From Gammaproteobacteria bacterium UBA6940 (GTDB lineage: Bacteria > Pseudomonadota > Gammaproteobacteria > Pseudomonadales > UBA6940), in the NCBI GenBank assembly GCA_002450655.1, contig DJZY01000064.1:1-64000 (forward strand): a DNA stretch of 64,000 nt, given 5' to 3'. Positions within the stretch are counted from its first letter, which is position 1, and each line of letters opens with the position of its first letter. The translations under genes and the position numbers were made by a program. Shown piece after piece: positions 30,906 to 41,224 of the stretch. The notes beneath the pieces were generated by a model, which was not told the origin of the DNA, did no database searches, and was given only the letters and a program-made list of their open reading frames with translations.

Positions 30906-32135
30906 TCAATCAGGGTAGGCGAAACTCATTGTGTAGTTAACGCCATCTTTCCCCGGCGATGGAAGCGTAAATGTTATATGTGCACTTGTTTTTGATGGGA
31001 ATTCATCAATTCGTGCAAGCTCACCTTGACGGTATTCGTCAGGGAATATTTCAAATTCGGCCACGAGTTTATCATTAAGGTCTGTGAACTTCATGATAAG
31101 AGTAGGGAATGGCATGTCAAAATTTTGATTGGTATTAAAGATAACAGCATTCACTTCAACTTGATCATCTTTTGCTGTTGTTGTTAGGCTCGTTACTTTT
31201 AAGTATTTCACCGAATGTGTCGGTGGTAACTCGCATGGTGCAATACCGCAAATTGTTGCAAGGCGAGGGCGCCATTTGGGATCTTGGCTCAGGGCTTCGA
31301 ATTGCGTTACAACATAGCCTATTGAGCCCACGAGAATAATAAACAACACCATAAGCACGCCTGGTAATGCCCAGTTTTTGCCTGGCTGTTTTTCTTCGTC
31401 ATCATCAAAGTGCAGTGGGTCATCAATACGAAGAGAGTCGAGGGATTGTTTCTTTTGTTGGCCGCTAAAACCTGCTTCTTCAGTAGGGCGAAGTGAGCCC
31501 GCGCCAGAACCATTGTGTTGAATACGATCACTATCAGCAAAAAATTCATTGATGTCATCTTCAAGCTTGCTACGCTTCTTTTGCGCAGCAGTTTTTTGCG
31601 CTGTAGCACTCATGCTCGAAGTAGAGCCAACCATGAGATCGTCATGATCAGTCTCTTCTTCTTTAATTTCAGTATTAAGTTGGTTGGAGGTTGAGGTGTT
31701 TAGGGATGACTCAACACGAGTTTCTTCTTCTGCCCAACTATCAACATGGAAATCTTGGGATGATTCAAAGTGTTCTGGTTTGCCTTTTGTGATATCAAAT
31801 GTGTCAATATCATCAGCCATGCCTTTGATAGGCGATGTTGTATCATCTTGGAAAAGTTTGGCAAAATCTTCAATGTCGGCATCTAATGACTTTGACGGCT
31901 TGCTCACTGTTCTTTGTTTTGTGAGTGCTTGAATTTGCGCTTCAATTGCTTCTAATTCTTCATCAATACCAGAGAATTGTTTGACTGCTTGAGCCTGCTC
32001 AGGCTCCGCAGTTAGGTGTTCACGGCCATTAAAGACGTGCAAACAAGCACCGCAACGAACAAGGCCGTTCGCAGCGGTAAGTTGCACCTCATCTATTTCA
32101 AAAGTGCTCTTGCAATTGGGGCATTTTGAAAGCAC
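30906..32135 (-). CDS. Zinc-ribbon (MJ0042-type) / DUF3426-like membrane protein
   Basis: N-terminal 'CPNCKSTFEI...VRCGACLHVF' double CxxC. Acidic linker. One TM. C-terminal beta-rich domain. Confidence 0.6.
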   Translation of the reverse strand: MLSKCPNCKSTFEIDEVQLTAANGLVRCGACLHVFNGREHLTAEPEQAQAVKQFSGIDEELEAIEAQIQALTKQRTVSKPSKSLDADIEDFAKLFQDDTTSPIKGMADDIDTFDITKGKPEHFESSQDFHVDSWAEEETRVESSLNTSTSNQLNTEIKEEETDHDDLMVGSTSSMSATAQKTAAQKKRSKLEDDINEFFADSDRIQHNGSGAGSLRPTEEAGFSGQQKKQSLDSLRIDDPLHFDDDEEKQPGKNWALPGVLMVLFIILVGSIGYVVTQFEALSQDPKWRPRLATICGIAPCELPPTHSVKYLKVTSLTTTAKDDQVEVNAVIFNTNQNFDMPFPTLIMKFTDLNDKLVAEFEIFPDEYRQGELARIDEFPSKTSAHITFTLPSPGKDGVNYTMSFAYPD

Positions 32136-32222
32136 GCCAGTGAATCCTTTTAATGGTTAGAAATCATACACCTATAGAGTATAACCTAAACTCACAGATT
32201 TACAGGAAAATCAATAAGAAGC

Positions 32223-33221
32223 TTATGATTTTCTTCGTGCTACCACGCGAGACCAACCATCAAGGTTCTTCACTTCGAAAGATTCAAAGAAAGGCGTGTA
32301 GTTTTCGATAATACCTGCATCGTGGCGTTCAAGTAGGCCGCTCATACAAATCCAGCCGCCAGGTTTCACAAGACTTGCGAGCTGTGGCGCCAATTCCATT
32401 AATGGTTCTGCAAGAATATTAGCGAGTAACACGTCAAAATGATCTTCAAAATCTGCGTTTCGATGTAGGTCTTGTGGCTTAATTGTATGAATTGCATCAG
32501 CAACTTCATTTTTCTCAGCGTTCATGCGTGTTGCTAAAAGGGCTTGAGCATCAATATCTGTGGCTTGGATATTACGAGCACCATAAAGTGCTGCACCAAT
32601 ACCTAGAATACCAGAACCACAGCCATAATCGATAACGTTTTGGCCTTCTTTGAAGAGTTCAGGATTTTCGGCGATCCACTCAAGGCACAAGAATGTTGTT
32701 GCGTGCGTACCTGTACCAAAAGCCAAGCCTGGATCAAGTTTCAGTGCAATTTTAGCTTCTTCAGGTGTTTTAAGCCATGAAGGCACGATCCACAAGTCAT
32801 TACCACAATGAATAGGCTGGAAATCTTGAAGACATGTTCGAACCCATTCTTGATCTTCAAGAACGCTATAGACCACTTCACGGTTAAGTTCTGCCTCTAG
32901 GCGGTCGCGAATTCTTTTCTTTTGGCGTCTTTTCTTTTGTTTATTTGTTGAAAGCTCAAACAGGGCTGAAATTGTAAGAGAAGGCCAAAGTGGTGTTTTA
33001 CCTGGGAGAGGTTCAAAAATAGGTGTGTCTTCGCCATCGGCAAGGGTAATACACACGGAGCCATTCTTTTCAAATGCTGCTTCTACAGCTTTACGTTGCT
33101 GTGGCGTCGCATTAATTGTGGCTTGAAGCCATGCTACAGGCTCTTCTTCCTTGCTCGCTGGAAGGCCGATTTCAAATGTAGCTGTTTCATGTGGCTCTTT
33201 GTTGTGCTTATCTTGCGACAT
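32223..33221 (-). CDS. prmA: Ribosomal protein L11 methyltransferase. Start uncertain (the track ORF extends to 33338).
   Basis: 'VAWLQATINATPQQ' PrmA N-terminus. 'DPGLAFGTGTHATT'. 'DYGCGSGILGIGAALYGA' SAM motif. Contains an unusual basic insert 'KQKKRRQKKRIRDR'. Confidence 0.85.
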   Translation of the reverse strand: MSQDKHNKEPHETATFEIGLPASKEEEPVAWLQATINATPQQRKAVEAAFEKNGSVCITLADGEDTPIFEPLPGKTPLWPSLTISALFELSTNKQKKRRQKKRIRDRLEAELNREVVYSVLEDQEWVRTCLQDFQPIHCGNDLWIVPSWLKTPEEAKIALKLDPGLAFGTGTHATTFLCLEWIAENPELFKEGQNVIDYGCGSGILGIGAALYGARNIQATDIDAQALLATRMNAEKNEVADAIHTIKPQDLHRNADFEDHFDVLLANILAEPLMELAPQLASLVKPGGWICMSGLLERHDAGIIENYTPFFESFEVKNLDGWSRVVARRKS

Positions 33222-33330
33222 AACGAGATAGTCTCCAGGTTTATGCATTTCTGTAAAGGAGGGTAGTTTACTGGATTTTCTGCTTTCATAACAGTATTGA
33301 AATGTGTATCCACAATACTTAACCAATTTA

Positions 33331-33363
33331 AAAAACAAAGCCCCAGATTTATGGTCTGGGGCT
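33331..33363 (-). terminator. Rho-independent terminator of accBC
   Basis: Minus strand: agccccagaccataaatctggggct + TTGTTTTTT, after the accC stop (33407). Confidence 0.8.
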
Positions 33364-33406
33364 TTGCAGGTCTCTCTTAAGAAACAAAGGATTAATTAAT
33401 ATGGTA

Positions 33407-34756
33407 TTAATCCATTTTCTCAAGTAGATGCTCTAAGTGATGGATATTATGCTCAGCCTGACGGAATGTTTCGTCAGTCATGATTGTATCCTTCAATAGA
33501 GGTGTATTTGTTTTGATACCTTCAAGCAGCAACTCTTCAAGAGCTGTTTTCATGATTTCAATTGCTTCATCACGATCGCGACCTTTAGTAATAAGCTTAC
33601 CAATCATCGCATCGTAATATGGCGGTACTTTGTAGTTTGCATAGATATGAGTATCCATACGAACGCCACGGCCACCTGGAGCGTGGAAGAAATTAATGGT
33701 GCCTGGGCTTGGCATAAACGTGCGTGGGTCTTCAGCATTGATACGACATTCAATAGCATGACCTTCACATACGATATCTTTTTGCTTCAGTTTAAGGCCT
33801 TGACCACCAGCAATCAAAATTTGCTGTTCGATCAAATCCACACCAGTAATTTCTTCAGTAACGCAATGCTCTACCTGAATACGTGTGTTCATCTCGATAA
33901 AGTAGAACTTGTCATCTTCATAAAGAAATTCGAACGTCCCTGCACCACGGTATTTGAGCTGTTCGCAAGCACGAATACATGCTTTGAATGCGTGCTTTTG
34001 AGAAGAACTATCAATATTTGGAGCAGGAGCTTCTTCAACAACTTTTTGGTGACGTCTTTGAAGAGAACAGTCACGGTCAAAAAGATGAATAGCCTTACCT
34101 TCACCATCACCTAGCACCTGAACTTCAACGTGACGTGGACGTGTGAGGAATTTTTCCATGTATACACGGTCGTCGCCAAATGCAGCGCCAGCTTCAGATT
34201 GAGTGAGCTGTAGTGCTTTTGGCAGAGAGAACTCGTCATGAACAACGCGCATACCACGACCACCGCCACCAGCAGCTGCCTTGATAATGATTGGGAAGCC
34301 GATTTTACGAGCAAATTCAAGTGCTTCTTGTGGATCACCACTCAGAGCGCCTTCAGAACCTGGGATTGTAGGTACTTTAGCAGCACGCATTGCATCTAGA
34401 GCTGCAACTTTGTCTCCCATTGTGCGGATGTTTTCAGGTCTTGGACCGATGAAAATAAAGCCACTGTCTTCAACTGCTTCAGCAAATGCTGCATTTTCTG
34501 CAAGAAAGCCATAGCCAGGGTGGATTGCATCTGCATCAGTGACTTCTGCGGCGCTGATGATTGCAGCGATATTAAGGTAGGAATCACGAGAGCTCGCAGG
34601 GCCGATACATACTGCCTCATCCGCAAGTTTAACGTGCATCAGATCTTTATCAGCAGTTGAGTAAACTGCAACAGTCTTGATGCCCATTTTCTTACAGGTT
34701 CTAAGGATACGCAGAGCGATCTCACCGCGGTTCGCTATCAAGATTTTTTCAATCAT
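33407..34756 (-). CDS. accC: Acetyl-CoA carboxylase, biotin carboxylase subunit
   Basis: 449 aa. '[17 protein letters not shown]'. ATP-grasp motifs. '[10 protein letters not shown]'. Confidence 0.95.
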   Translation of the reverse strand: MIEKILIANRGEIALRILRTCKKMGIKTVAVYSTADKDLMHVKLADEAVCIGPASSRDSYLNIAAIISAAEVTDADAIHPGYGFLAENAAFAEAVEDSGFIFIGPRPENIRTMGDKVAALDAMRAAKVPTIPGSEGALSGDPQEALEFARKIGFPIIIKAAAGGGGRGMRVVHDEFSLPKALQLTQSEAGAAFGDDRVYMEKFLTRPRHVEVQVLGDGEGKAIHLFDRDCSLQRRHQKVVEEAPAPNIDSSSQKHAFKACIRACEQLKYRGAGTFEFLYEDDKFYFIEMNTRIQVEHCVTEEITGVDLIEQQILIAGGQGLKLKQKDIVCEGHAIECRINAEDPRTFMPSPGTINFFHAPGGRGVRMDTHIYANYKVPPYYDAMIGKLITKGRDRDEAIEIMKTALEELLLEGIKTNTPLLKDTIMTDETFRQAEHNIHHLEHLLEKMD

Positions 34757-34935
34757 GCTGAGAAACCTCTTTTAAGGGCTTGAGTGATCTGACTGGCAGG
34801 TCACTCGAATTCAATGCCTACACTTATTCCGCTTAGTCTTTTCAGAAAAGTCTGGTGCGAAATAAGGGGAACAGAGAGTAGGCACATTCTGAGTACAGGG
34901 CAATAATTGATTGCCGTTGTTACTCTTACTGAGAA

Positions 34936-35397
34936 TTACTGAATAACGAAAAGTGGTTGGTCGTATTCGATTGGAGTACCGTCTTCAACAAGAATCGCAG
35001 CGATAGTACCAGCTTTGTCAGCTTCGATTTGGTTCATCATCTTCATCGCTTCAACGATACAAAGAACGTCACCTTTAGCTACAGTTTTACCAACTTCAAC
35101 GAAGTTAGCAGCGCCTGGAGCTGGTTTACGGTAGAAAGTACCAACCATTGGAGACTTAACTTGGTGACCAGTTGGTGCAGCAGCTTCAGCTGGAGCAGCA
35201 GCGGCTGGTGCAGCAGCTTCAGCAGGTGCCTGAACTGGAGCTGGAGCAGCTTGTGGTGCTAAGTAGTATTGTTGCTCAGCAACAACGTTTTGATTACGTT
35301 TAACTTTTACTGAAAAATCGCCTTCCGTTACTTCGATTTCATCAGCATCCGAGTTTGCAAGTAATTCCAGCAGGGTTTTTACCTTGTCTAAGCTCAT
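34936..35397 (-). CDS. accB: Acetyl-CoA carboxylase, biotin carboxyl carrier protein
   Basis: Ala/Pro-rich linker and biotinylation site 'EAMKMMN'. Confidence 0.9.
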   Translation of the reverse strand: MSLDKVKTLLELLANSDADEIEVTEGDFSVKVKRNQNVVAEQQYYLAPQAAPAPVQAPAEAAAPAAAAPAEAAAPTGHQVKSPMVGTFYRKPAPGAANFVEVGKTVAKGDVLCIVEAMKMMNQIEADKAGTIAAILVEDGTPIEYDQPLFVIQ

Positions 35398-35506
35398 AGG
35401 TTATCTCTCTGTTGACCATAGTGTTGCTTGCGAACAGTGCATGCTCTCCTCATGAGGACTTCTAAAGCACTGATTGCACAGTTATTTTTGGTGGTGCTAG
35501 GCACAG

Positions 35507-35953
35507 TTATACCTGTGTTAGTGCCACATCTAATGCGTAATCATACCCTAGAGGACCAAAACCGACTAGTCTTGATAACGCAATATCTGCAAAGAAAGAG
35601 GTGTGTCTGAAGGTTTCACGTTGAAAAACCGCACTGATATGGACCTCAATCATTGGAATCTTGCTGCCTGTGACAGCATCCCTGAGTGCAACACTTGTAT
35701 GTGTAAATGCGCCAGGGTTAAAAATAATACATTTTACGTTTTCGTGAATTGCTTGATGAATGCGGTCAATCAAATGGCCTTCGTGATTGCTTTGAAAGCA
35801 ATGGAGGGTGACTTGCGCTAGCTGCGCTTTATCTGTGAGTCTCTTCTCAATATCAGCAAGAGTCGTACTTCCATAGATACCCGGTTCGCGAGTGCCTAAT
35901 AAATTCAAATTAGGGCCATTTAATAGAAGGATTTTCGCTTGCTTGCTGCTCAT
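35507..35953 (-). CDS. aroQ: 3-dehydroquinate dehydratase, type II
   Basis: '[21 protein letters not shown]', 'HISNI-like HISAVF..RE.FRHTS'. Start chosen at the internal Met (MSSKQAK). The track ORF begins 5 codons earlier. Confidence 0.9.
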   Translation of the reverse strand: MSSKQAKILLLNGPNLNLLGTREPGIYGSTTLADIEKRLTDKAQLAQVTLHCFQSNHEGHLIDRIHQAIHENVKCIIFNPGAFTHTSVALRDAVTGSKIPMIEVHISAVFQRETFRHTSFFADIALSRLVGFGPLGYDYALDVALTQV

Positions 35954-36125
35954 TAAGTCAATATCCATTTGTTTGGAGGCTTCACGTTAAACAGTTTTTT
36001 GTAATCAGGGATTGATTTCTAAAGAAAACCAACACTTTAGAATGACTTGTGCATAAAAACATAGAAGAGAGGGCAGCGTCAAGCGTTAAAGGAATGTTAG
36101 AAGTCGAAACTCGAATTAACGCTCT

Positions 36126-36169
36126 AAAAAAGGACACTTGACGCTTAAGATGTAAGCGTCAAGTGTCCC
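36126..36169 (-). terminator. Strong Rho-independent terminator (15-bp perfect stem)
   Basis: ggacacttgacgctt-aagatgt-aagcgtcaagtgtcc, followed on the minus strand by T6. Downstream of the lipoprotein gene stop at 36188. Confidence 0.85.
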
Positions 36170-36187
36170 TGAATAGAGAGTAAGAAA

Positions 36188-36535
36188 TTAGCCTTCGTCT
36201 GGTGTCATGTCATTTGCTTTTTTCTGAATATCTTCCATTGCAGCGCGAGATGAATCTTTCATATTATCAACACCTTGGTTGAATTCACCTGCAGCAGCAT
36301 CACCATAGGCAGCAGCTTTGTCACCATATTCTGTTGCTTTTGATTCAATATTGTCACCCATGGATTCCATTTCTGTACCAAATGCATCTACACCTTCTTG
36401 TACATTCTCGTAAGAATCTTTCGCTGTATGCTCAACATTTTCTTGTGTTTCTTGGCTGCAACCAGAAAGTGCAGCACCTAGAACAAAAGTAGCAGCCAGT
36501 GTTGAAAGTGTTTTCATATTAATAGTTCTCATCAT
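36188..36535 (-). CDS. Small acidic lipoprotein
   Basis: Lipobox 'ALSGC'. Asp/Glu-rich mature part. Confidence 0.5.
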   Translation of the reverse strand: MMRTINMKTLSTLAATFVLGAALSGCSQETQENVEHTAKDSYENVQEGVDAFGTEMESMGDNIESKATEYGDKAAAYGDAAAGEFNQGVDNMKDSSRAAMEDIQKKANDMTPDEG

Positions 36536-36821
36536 TTAGAGCCTCTGTGTTGTTGTACATGAATCGATTTGGAAAAGCGCCAACTTTATCGACTACTAAG
36601 AATAGAGACTCAGCTGTGAAAAAATAGTTCATAACATAAGATTACTGTTCACTTATATCCGAATACTAATATTGAACAAATGACTAAAACGAAAAGATGA
36701 TGATTCTTATACAATTATTAAATATATAAAATACCTTCGTGTAACCATGCCATTGAGGGCTTATTTAGTACTGTGTTAGCTTTAGTTTCGTAAGACAAAG
36801 TCTATTGGCATCGTCAAAGGT

Positions 36822-38471
36822 ATGAATGAGAGGAAGTACATAATAATGAAAATTGATAATAGCCAGCAAGCACAGCAACTACCCAGTTTGCACACTGATG
36901 ATAATATTGAAGGTAAGTTAGCGCAAGTTCAGAACGCACCTGCAGTATTACCAACAGCATCATCATCAACTTCTGCTGCATATATGGAGCAAGCTTCAAA
37001 TTCAAGCCATTTATCAAAAGCTATTTTAGCTAATGACCTAAACCTCTTAGACAAAGCCGTACTTGAACCGCTTTTACAAACTACAAATGCTGATGAGCGT
37101 AAAGCAACTCTCAGAGCTTTAAAAGAACAGCTTGCTTCAACAAAAGAAGCATTACATCCGCGACAGGGGGTTATGCCCTTGCTTCTAAAAAGCAGCGATG
37201 CAGAGCTTAAGGGAATTGGCGTTCAAGCTATGAGTCAGTTTATGCAAACTGGTAAAGTTAAACTTGCTTCATTAAGATCACCTGCATATCGAACGCCGGT
37301 AGAGCTACGTGAGGCTGCAAGTCATCAATGGATTAATCAGGTTAAAGATTTGATTAAAAAATCAAAAAACACTCTTGCTTACCATGATTTTTATAATATT
37401 CACAATGATGCTAACGAGCTGGATTTTGTAAAAGCGTTTTCTTACAATATGTTGGTGGATATTCGCCCAGACTTGCATGAGAAGCAATTAGAACCTGTAG
37501 TTGAATTTACTCTCTTTAAGCTAACCTCAGCACAAGGTGACTCTTTTGCAACTGCAAATAAAGCGGCGCTCGATAAAATAATTCACTTACCTTCTATGAG
37601 TAATGCCGAATTGAGACAAGCATTGATAAAAGAAGGCTTTACACTCAAAGTTGTTGCAGGTTTTGACAGCCATAGCCAGTTTGTGAATATAGCAAAATCA
37701 TTTGAGAAAGGTTATCAATCTTTTGCTCAAGATATACAAGCTGATGCTAAACGAGTGCCTGTTAAAGCGACTGATGCAGAAATTGCAAAAGAATTAGCTT
37801 CGAAAAAAATTGAGATGCGATCAAAATACACTAAAGAAGAAATTACAAAAAATATTAAAGACACCAAGATAGCGGTCCGAGTCTTTAAGCGTTGTATTTC
37901 AATTGCTGGTGATGAACTACATCCAAATCATGCATATGCCAAAAAATACCTCGCTGTAGCTGCAAAAAATGATTTGCTCTTCAAAGCCTTTACAGATATG
38001 CAAAAACTGCCATTAGATTTAACCGGACTTGTTTTATTGAAGCAATTGAGTTCTGCTCTGGATTCAAAGGAAGTCGCTAGCCCTTATGCTCGCCCATTCG
38101 AGCAAAGCTATAAGCAAGTTCTTTCAATTATGCCAAATGATGACTTAATTGGTTATGCAAAAAATCCTGGCGAGCACCAAGATTTTAAACCTGACTTTGT
38201 GAAGCAGTTGGCTGACAATATGAATAAAGGCACATTTGCAATTATGCAGGGGAGTGCTGCAGGTAAAGCTCTAGAGCTTGGTCAGCAATTCCCTGAGTTA
38301 AAAGAACCTTCTTTAACATTTGTGAAAGGCCGTCTTGAAGCATTTGCATTTGCAAAACAGCCAAACCTTCAACCAGCACAGATGTTTGCTCAGCAAGCCG
38401 GGCATCCATTGCAGGGGTTTGCATTAGATTTAATACAAAGAGCACAGTCCTCTGCACCTAAGGCAAGCTGA
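36822..38471 (+). CDS. Hypothetical all-helical protein (effector-like). First gene of a two-gene unit.
   Basis: 549-aa ORF. No TM. No recognised domain. A 2-nt gap to the next ORF. Confidence 0.5.
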   Translation: MNERKYIIMKIDNSQQAQQLPSLHTDDNIEGKLAQVQNAPAVLPTASSSTSAAYMEQASNSSHLSKAILANDLNLLDKAVLEPLLQTTNADERKATLRALKEQLASTKEALHPRQGVMPLLLKSSDAELKGIGVQAMSQFMQTGKVKLASLRSPAYRTPVELREAASHQWINQVKDLIKKSKNTLAYHDFYNIHNDANELDFVKAFSYNMLVDIRPDLHEKQLEPVVEFTLFKLTSAQGDSFATANKAALDKIIHLPSMSNAELRQALIKEGFTLKVVAGFDSHSQFVNIAKSFEKGYQSFAQDIQADAKRVPVKATDAEIAKELASKKIEMRSKYTKEEITKNIKDTKIAVRVFKRCISIAGDELHPNHAYAKKYLAVAAKNDLLFKAFTDMQKLPLDLTGLVLLKQLSSALDSKEVASPYARPFEQSYKQVLSIMPNDDLIGYAKNPGEHQDFKPDFVKQLADNMNKGTFAIMQGSAAGKALELGQQFPELKEPSLTFVKGRLEAFAFAKQPNLQPAQMFAQQAGHPLQGFALDLIQRAQSSAPKAS

Positions 38472-38473
38472 TC

Positions 38474-39394
38474 ATGATAAATCCTGCTTCTTCAATAACG
38501 CCTACTCTGAAACATGAAACGTTAGCGCTTTCTGCTCAGAACCAGTTTGTGTCAAAAATTACACCAATTCAACATAAGCAATTTATTGATTCAATGGCAC
38601 CACATATTATGGCCTTTATCAATAAAACATTTAAAGGTGATTTAAATGAAACTGCTCATGAAGAAAGTAGGCTTGCAGGTATTTGCGATACAAATATTTT
38701 CGACTTGTTTCCAAAGGGTATCAAAGAGTATTCGAATTCCTTCATTGGTTTTACGAAAGTTTATGAAAGTTTTGTCAGAGACACTAAGTCAAAAATCTTA
38801 AATATGGATTTATCTCACTTTGAGTCAGCTGCAGCCAATGATGAAGATCTTCAGGCTGTTGAGTTTAATTATGGCATCTCATCAGGTGATTGCATGTTAA
38901 ATCATATGTTGAGTGCAGCTGGGCAGCTTACTCATCCAGATCACCTTGTTGCAAAGAACTTTTTAATTCGGCTTGTTGTAGAAGAGCCTGATATTGCTCG
39001 TAGAACACTTGGGCAGAAAATTACCATTCTTAATGATGTGCAGCCATTGGTCGATGGTGTATCCGATAAAAGCAAAGAAGACTTAAGTGCTGGCTTGCAG
39101 TTTAATTCTGGCAAGCATCACATCGCTGATTTTATCAAAGAAACTATTGCTACGGCGCCAAGCAATGGTAGCACGCTTATAGGTGGTACCTTGGAGGCGT
39201 ATTGTCATTCACTCGTCAATTTACAAGATAAGATTCAAATTAAAGCTGGGGAGGTTGTGAATGCCGATAAAGCCCTAGAAGAGCCTCGCAAAATTAACCC
39301 TGCCACAGGTGTAGAGTATCCACCACAACCTACTCATATGATGGAAACAGAAGGTATGGTGATGGATAAATATGGCATGTATGTGTACGAATAA
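38474..39394 (+). CDS. Hypothetical protein (effector-like) with a possible Cys/His pair
   Basis: 306 aa. 'YGISSGDCMLNHML' and a downstream 'SGKHHIADF'. Tentative only. Confidence 0.45.
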   Translation: MINPASSITPTLKHETLALSAQNQFVSKITPIQHKQFIDSMAPHIMAFINKTFKGDLNETAHEESRLAGICDTNIFDLFPKGIKEYSNSFIGFTKVYESFVRDTKSKILNMDLSHFESAAANDEDLQAVEFNYGISSGDCMLNHMLSAAGQLTHPDHLVAKNFLIRLVVEEPDIARRTLGQKITILNDVQPLVDGVSDKSKEDLSAGLQFNSGKHHIADFIKETIATAPSNGSTLIGGTLEAYCHSLVNLQDKIQIKAGEVVNADKALEEPRKINPATGVEYPPQPTHMMETEGMVMDKYGMYVYE

Positions 39395-39401
39395 GAGCGC
39401 C

Positions 39402-40034
39402 TTACATTATTTCTTTTTGATGATAGCGCGCACGTGCTGCCCGCCATTCTTGAATTTGAAAATCTGGTGAGAATAAAGTTTCGTCTATATCATCGAGCAA
39501 TAGTATTAATCTAAAGATAAAACTAGTTTCATTTATGCTTTCTAGGATTTCCTTTGAAAGTTCTGTATTTTCACTTTTTCTAGCTTTATCAAGTTTTATG
39601 CATTGCTCTAATCTTGTTTCTGTTAGGTTGAAATAGTATTCCTTTGGACGAAGTAGATGTGTGTTGAAGCAATTCTCCAAAGAGCTCATGCCATATACAG
39701 GGTCTGATGCTTGAAAAAAGTTATCTAAAATGCTTGTTTTTCGTAAAGATAAAAGCAGTAAAAATATTTTGTCTTGTTTGAATCTTGGAATGTCTTTTCT
39801 CAATAATTTTTCTTGAATATAAAGAGCCAGTTTTACCCATTCAATTGTAATTTCTTTATTTTGTTTTTTTAACCCGACTTGCATGTTTGTATATTCGCTT
39901 AGAACAAGCCAGTCCCAAGAGCCTGGAATTAGTATTTTATTGGCAACTGCGAGATCAAATTCAATTTTAATTTGATCTAATGGTAATTTCCATAATTCTT
40001 TGATAAACATTTTAATAGCCCTTTGTATTATCAT
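39402..40034 (-). CDS. Hypothetical cytoplasmic protein. Overlaps the upstream gene by 23 nt.
   Basis: 210 aa. Very AT-rich codon usage. Translationally coupled to 40012..41022. Confidence 0.45.
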   Translation of the reverse strand: MIIQRAIKMFIKELWKLPLDQIKIEFDLAVANKILIPGSWDWLVLSEYTNMQVGLKKQNKEITIEWVKLALYIQEKLLRKDIPRFKQDKIFLLLLSLRKTSILDNFFQASDPVYGMSSLENCFNTHLLRPKEYYFNLTETRLEQCIKLDKARKSENTELSKEILESINETSFIFRLILLLDDIDETLFSPDFQIQEWRAARARYHQKEIM

Positions 40035-41022
40035 AAAACTCTAAAGCATTACTGAAATCAAAACCATAGCGTTGAAAGGCAGTCTGGGCAATATCCAAAG
40101 ACTCACTTGGAACTTTATAGTGACCAGTGTGATTACTCAGCTTTAAGCCATATCTATAATCATTAAATACGCCTATTTCTACTTCACCAGCTGCATATAC
40201 AGGACGGCCACCACTTAGCACTGCATGACTAATAGTCTTATCTCCAATATAAACAGTTGGGGCAACGATAAGTTCACCTTTTTCTGTTACTACAAACTTT
40301 AATGGCAAGGCATCTGGATGTGGCGATTGCAGGTAATCACTCATCCTTTGGGGTTCAACACCAATTTTTTGTGCTAATAGAATTTCATCTTTAAGGTTTT
40401 CAGGCATGCCATTCTCATACAAAGCCCGATTTTCTAAAAGCGACTCAGGTACATCAGCATCTGGCACCAAGTCAGGTTTTTCTTTAATAGAAAAGTTCGG
40501 CTTATCTGTAGCTCGCTTCGCAACAAGAATCGCTTTCGCAATACCTGCAGCCTTGGTCGCCATCGCAGCAGGGGAGACATTTTCCCCAGCAACCTTACCT
40601 TGATCCCATAATGTACCAGAAACAAGGGCCTGAGCGTCTTCTAAAAGATCAGCTCCCAGCGCTTTCAATGTGCCTATAGGGTCTTGCACCAATGATTCAC
40701 TTAAAGACTTAAGTGCTTTCAAGGTTTCAATAGGGTGGCGAATCACATAGCTTAAGTTATCAACTTGAGATTCTAACCCCGCAATAAAGCCCTGGCCAAA
40801 TTCTAAAGCTTTTGCCATAAGAGAAGGTGATGCAGCTTGTGTTAGGGTTTCCTCTAGAGGCGTATATCCACCAATCTCAGCGGTACTTGTGGCTACTTGC
40901 TGCTGAACAGGCTTTGCAAGTCCTTGAAAGCTTGCAATAACCACCATCATTAGAAGAATGCTTATTGAGGCATATTCAGTCAGCCCATAGCCATGTTGAA
41001 GTTTGAAAGTTCTCATCTGCAC
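40012..41022 (-). CDS. Hypothetical protein with Flp/class-III-prepilin-like N-terminal leader and Gly-rich C-terminal beta domain
   Basis: 'MQMRTFKLQHG|YGLTEYASISILLMMVVIA' resembles G|xxxxEY Flp prepilin processing sites. Confidence 0.5.
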   Translation of the reverse strand: MQMRTFKLQHGYGLTEYASISILLMMVVIASFQGLAKPVQQQVATSTAEIGGYTPLEETLTQAASPSLMAKALEFGQGFIAGLESQVDNLSYVIRHPIETLKALKSLSESLVQDPIGTLKALGADLLEDAQALVSGTLWDQGKVAGENVSPAAMATKAAGIAKAILVAKRATDKPNFSIKEKPDLVPDADVPESLLENRALYENGMPENLKDEILLAQKIGVEPQRMSDYLQSPHPDALPLKFVVTEKGELIVAPTVYIGDKTISHAVLSGGRPVYAAGEVEIGVFNDYRYGLKLSNHTGHYKVPSESLDIAQTAFQRYGFDFSNALEFYDNTKGY

Positions 41023-41224
41023 ATATCTATCTTGTTATTCTTGTTTGAAAGCAGGCAGAGTACTGAAATATTGAAGTTAAAACTGTGTAGTACGTCACAG
41101 GTTTGTCAGAAACTTGGATAATGATTGATTGGCGATTTAAACTAACCTATGCTGGAGTGCTCTCTTATGCTTTTTTCAGCGTATCAAGAGGGGCTTAGAG
41201 ACAGGACAAAAGGTTGCCAACACA

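Noticed and set aside
33647-34114. 155-aa ORF antisense inside accC
   Set aside because: Embedded in a highly conserved essential gene. No start context.
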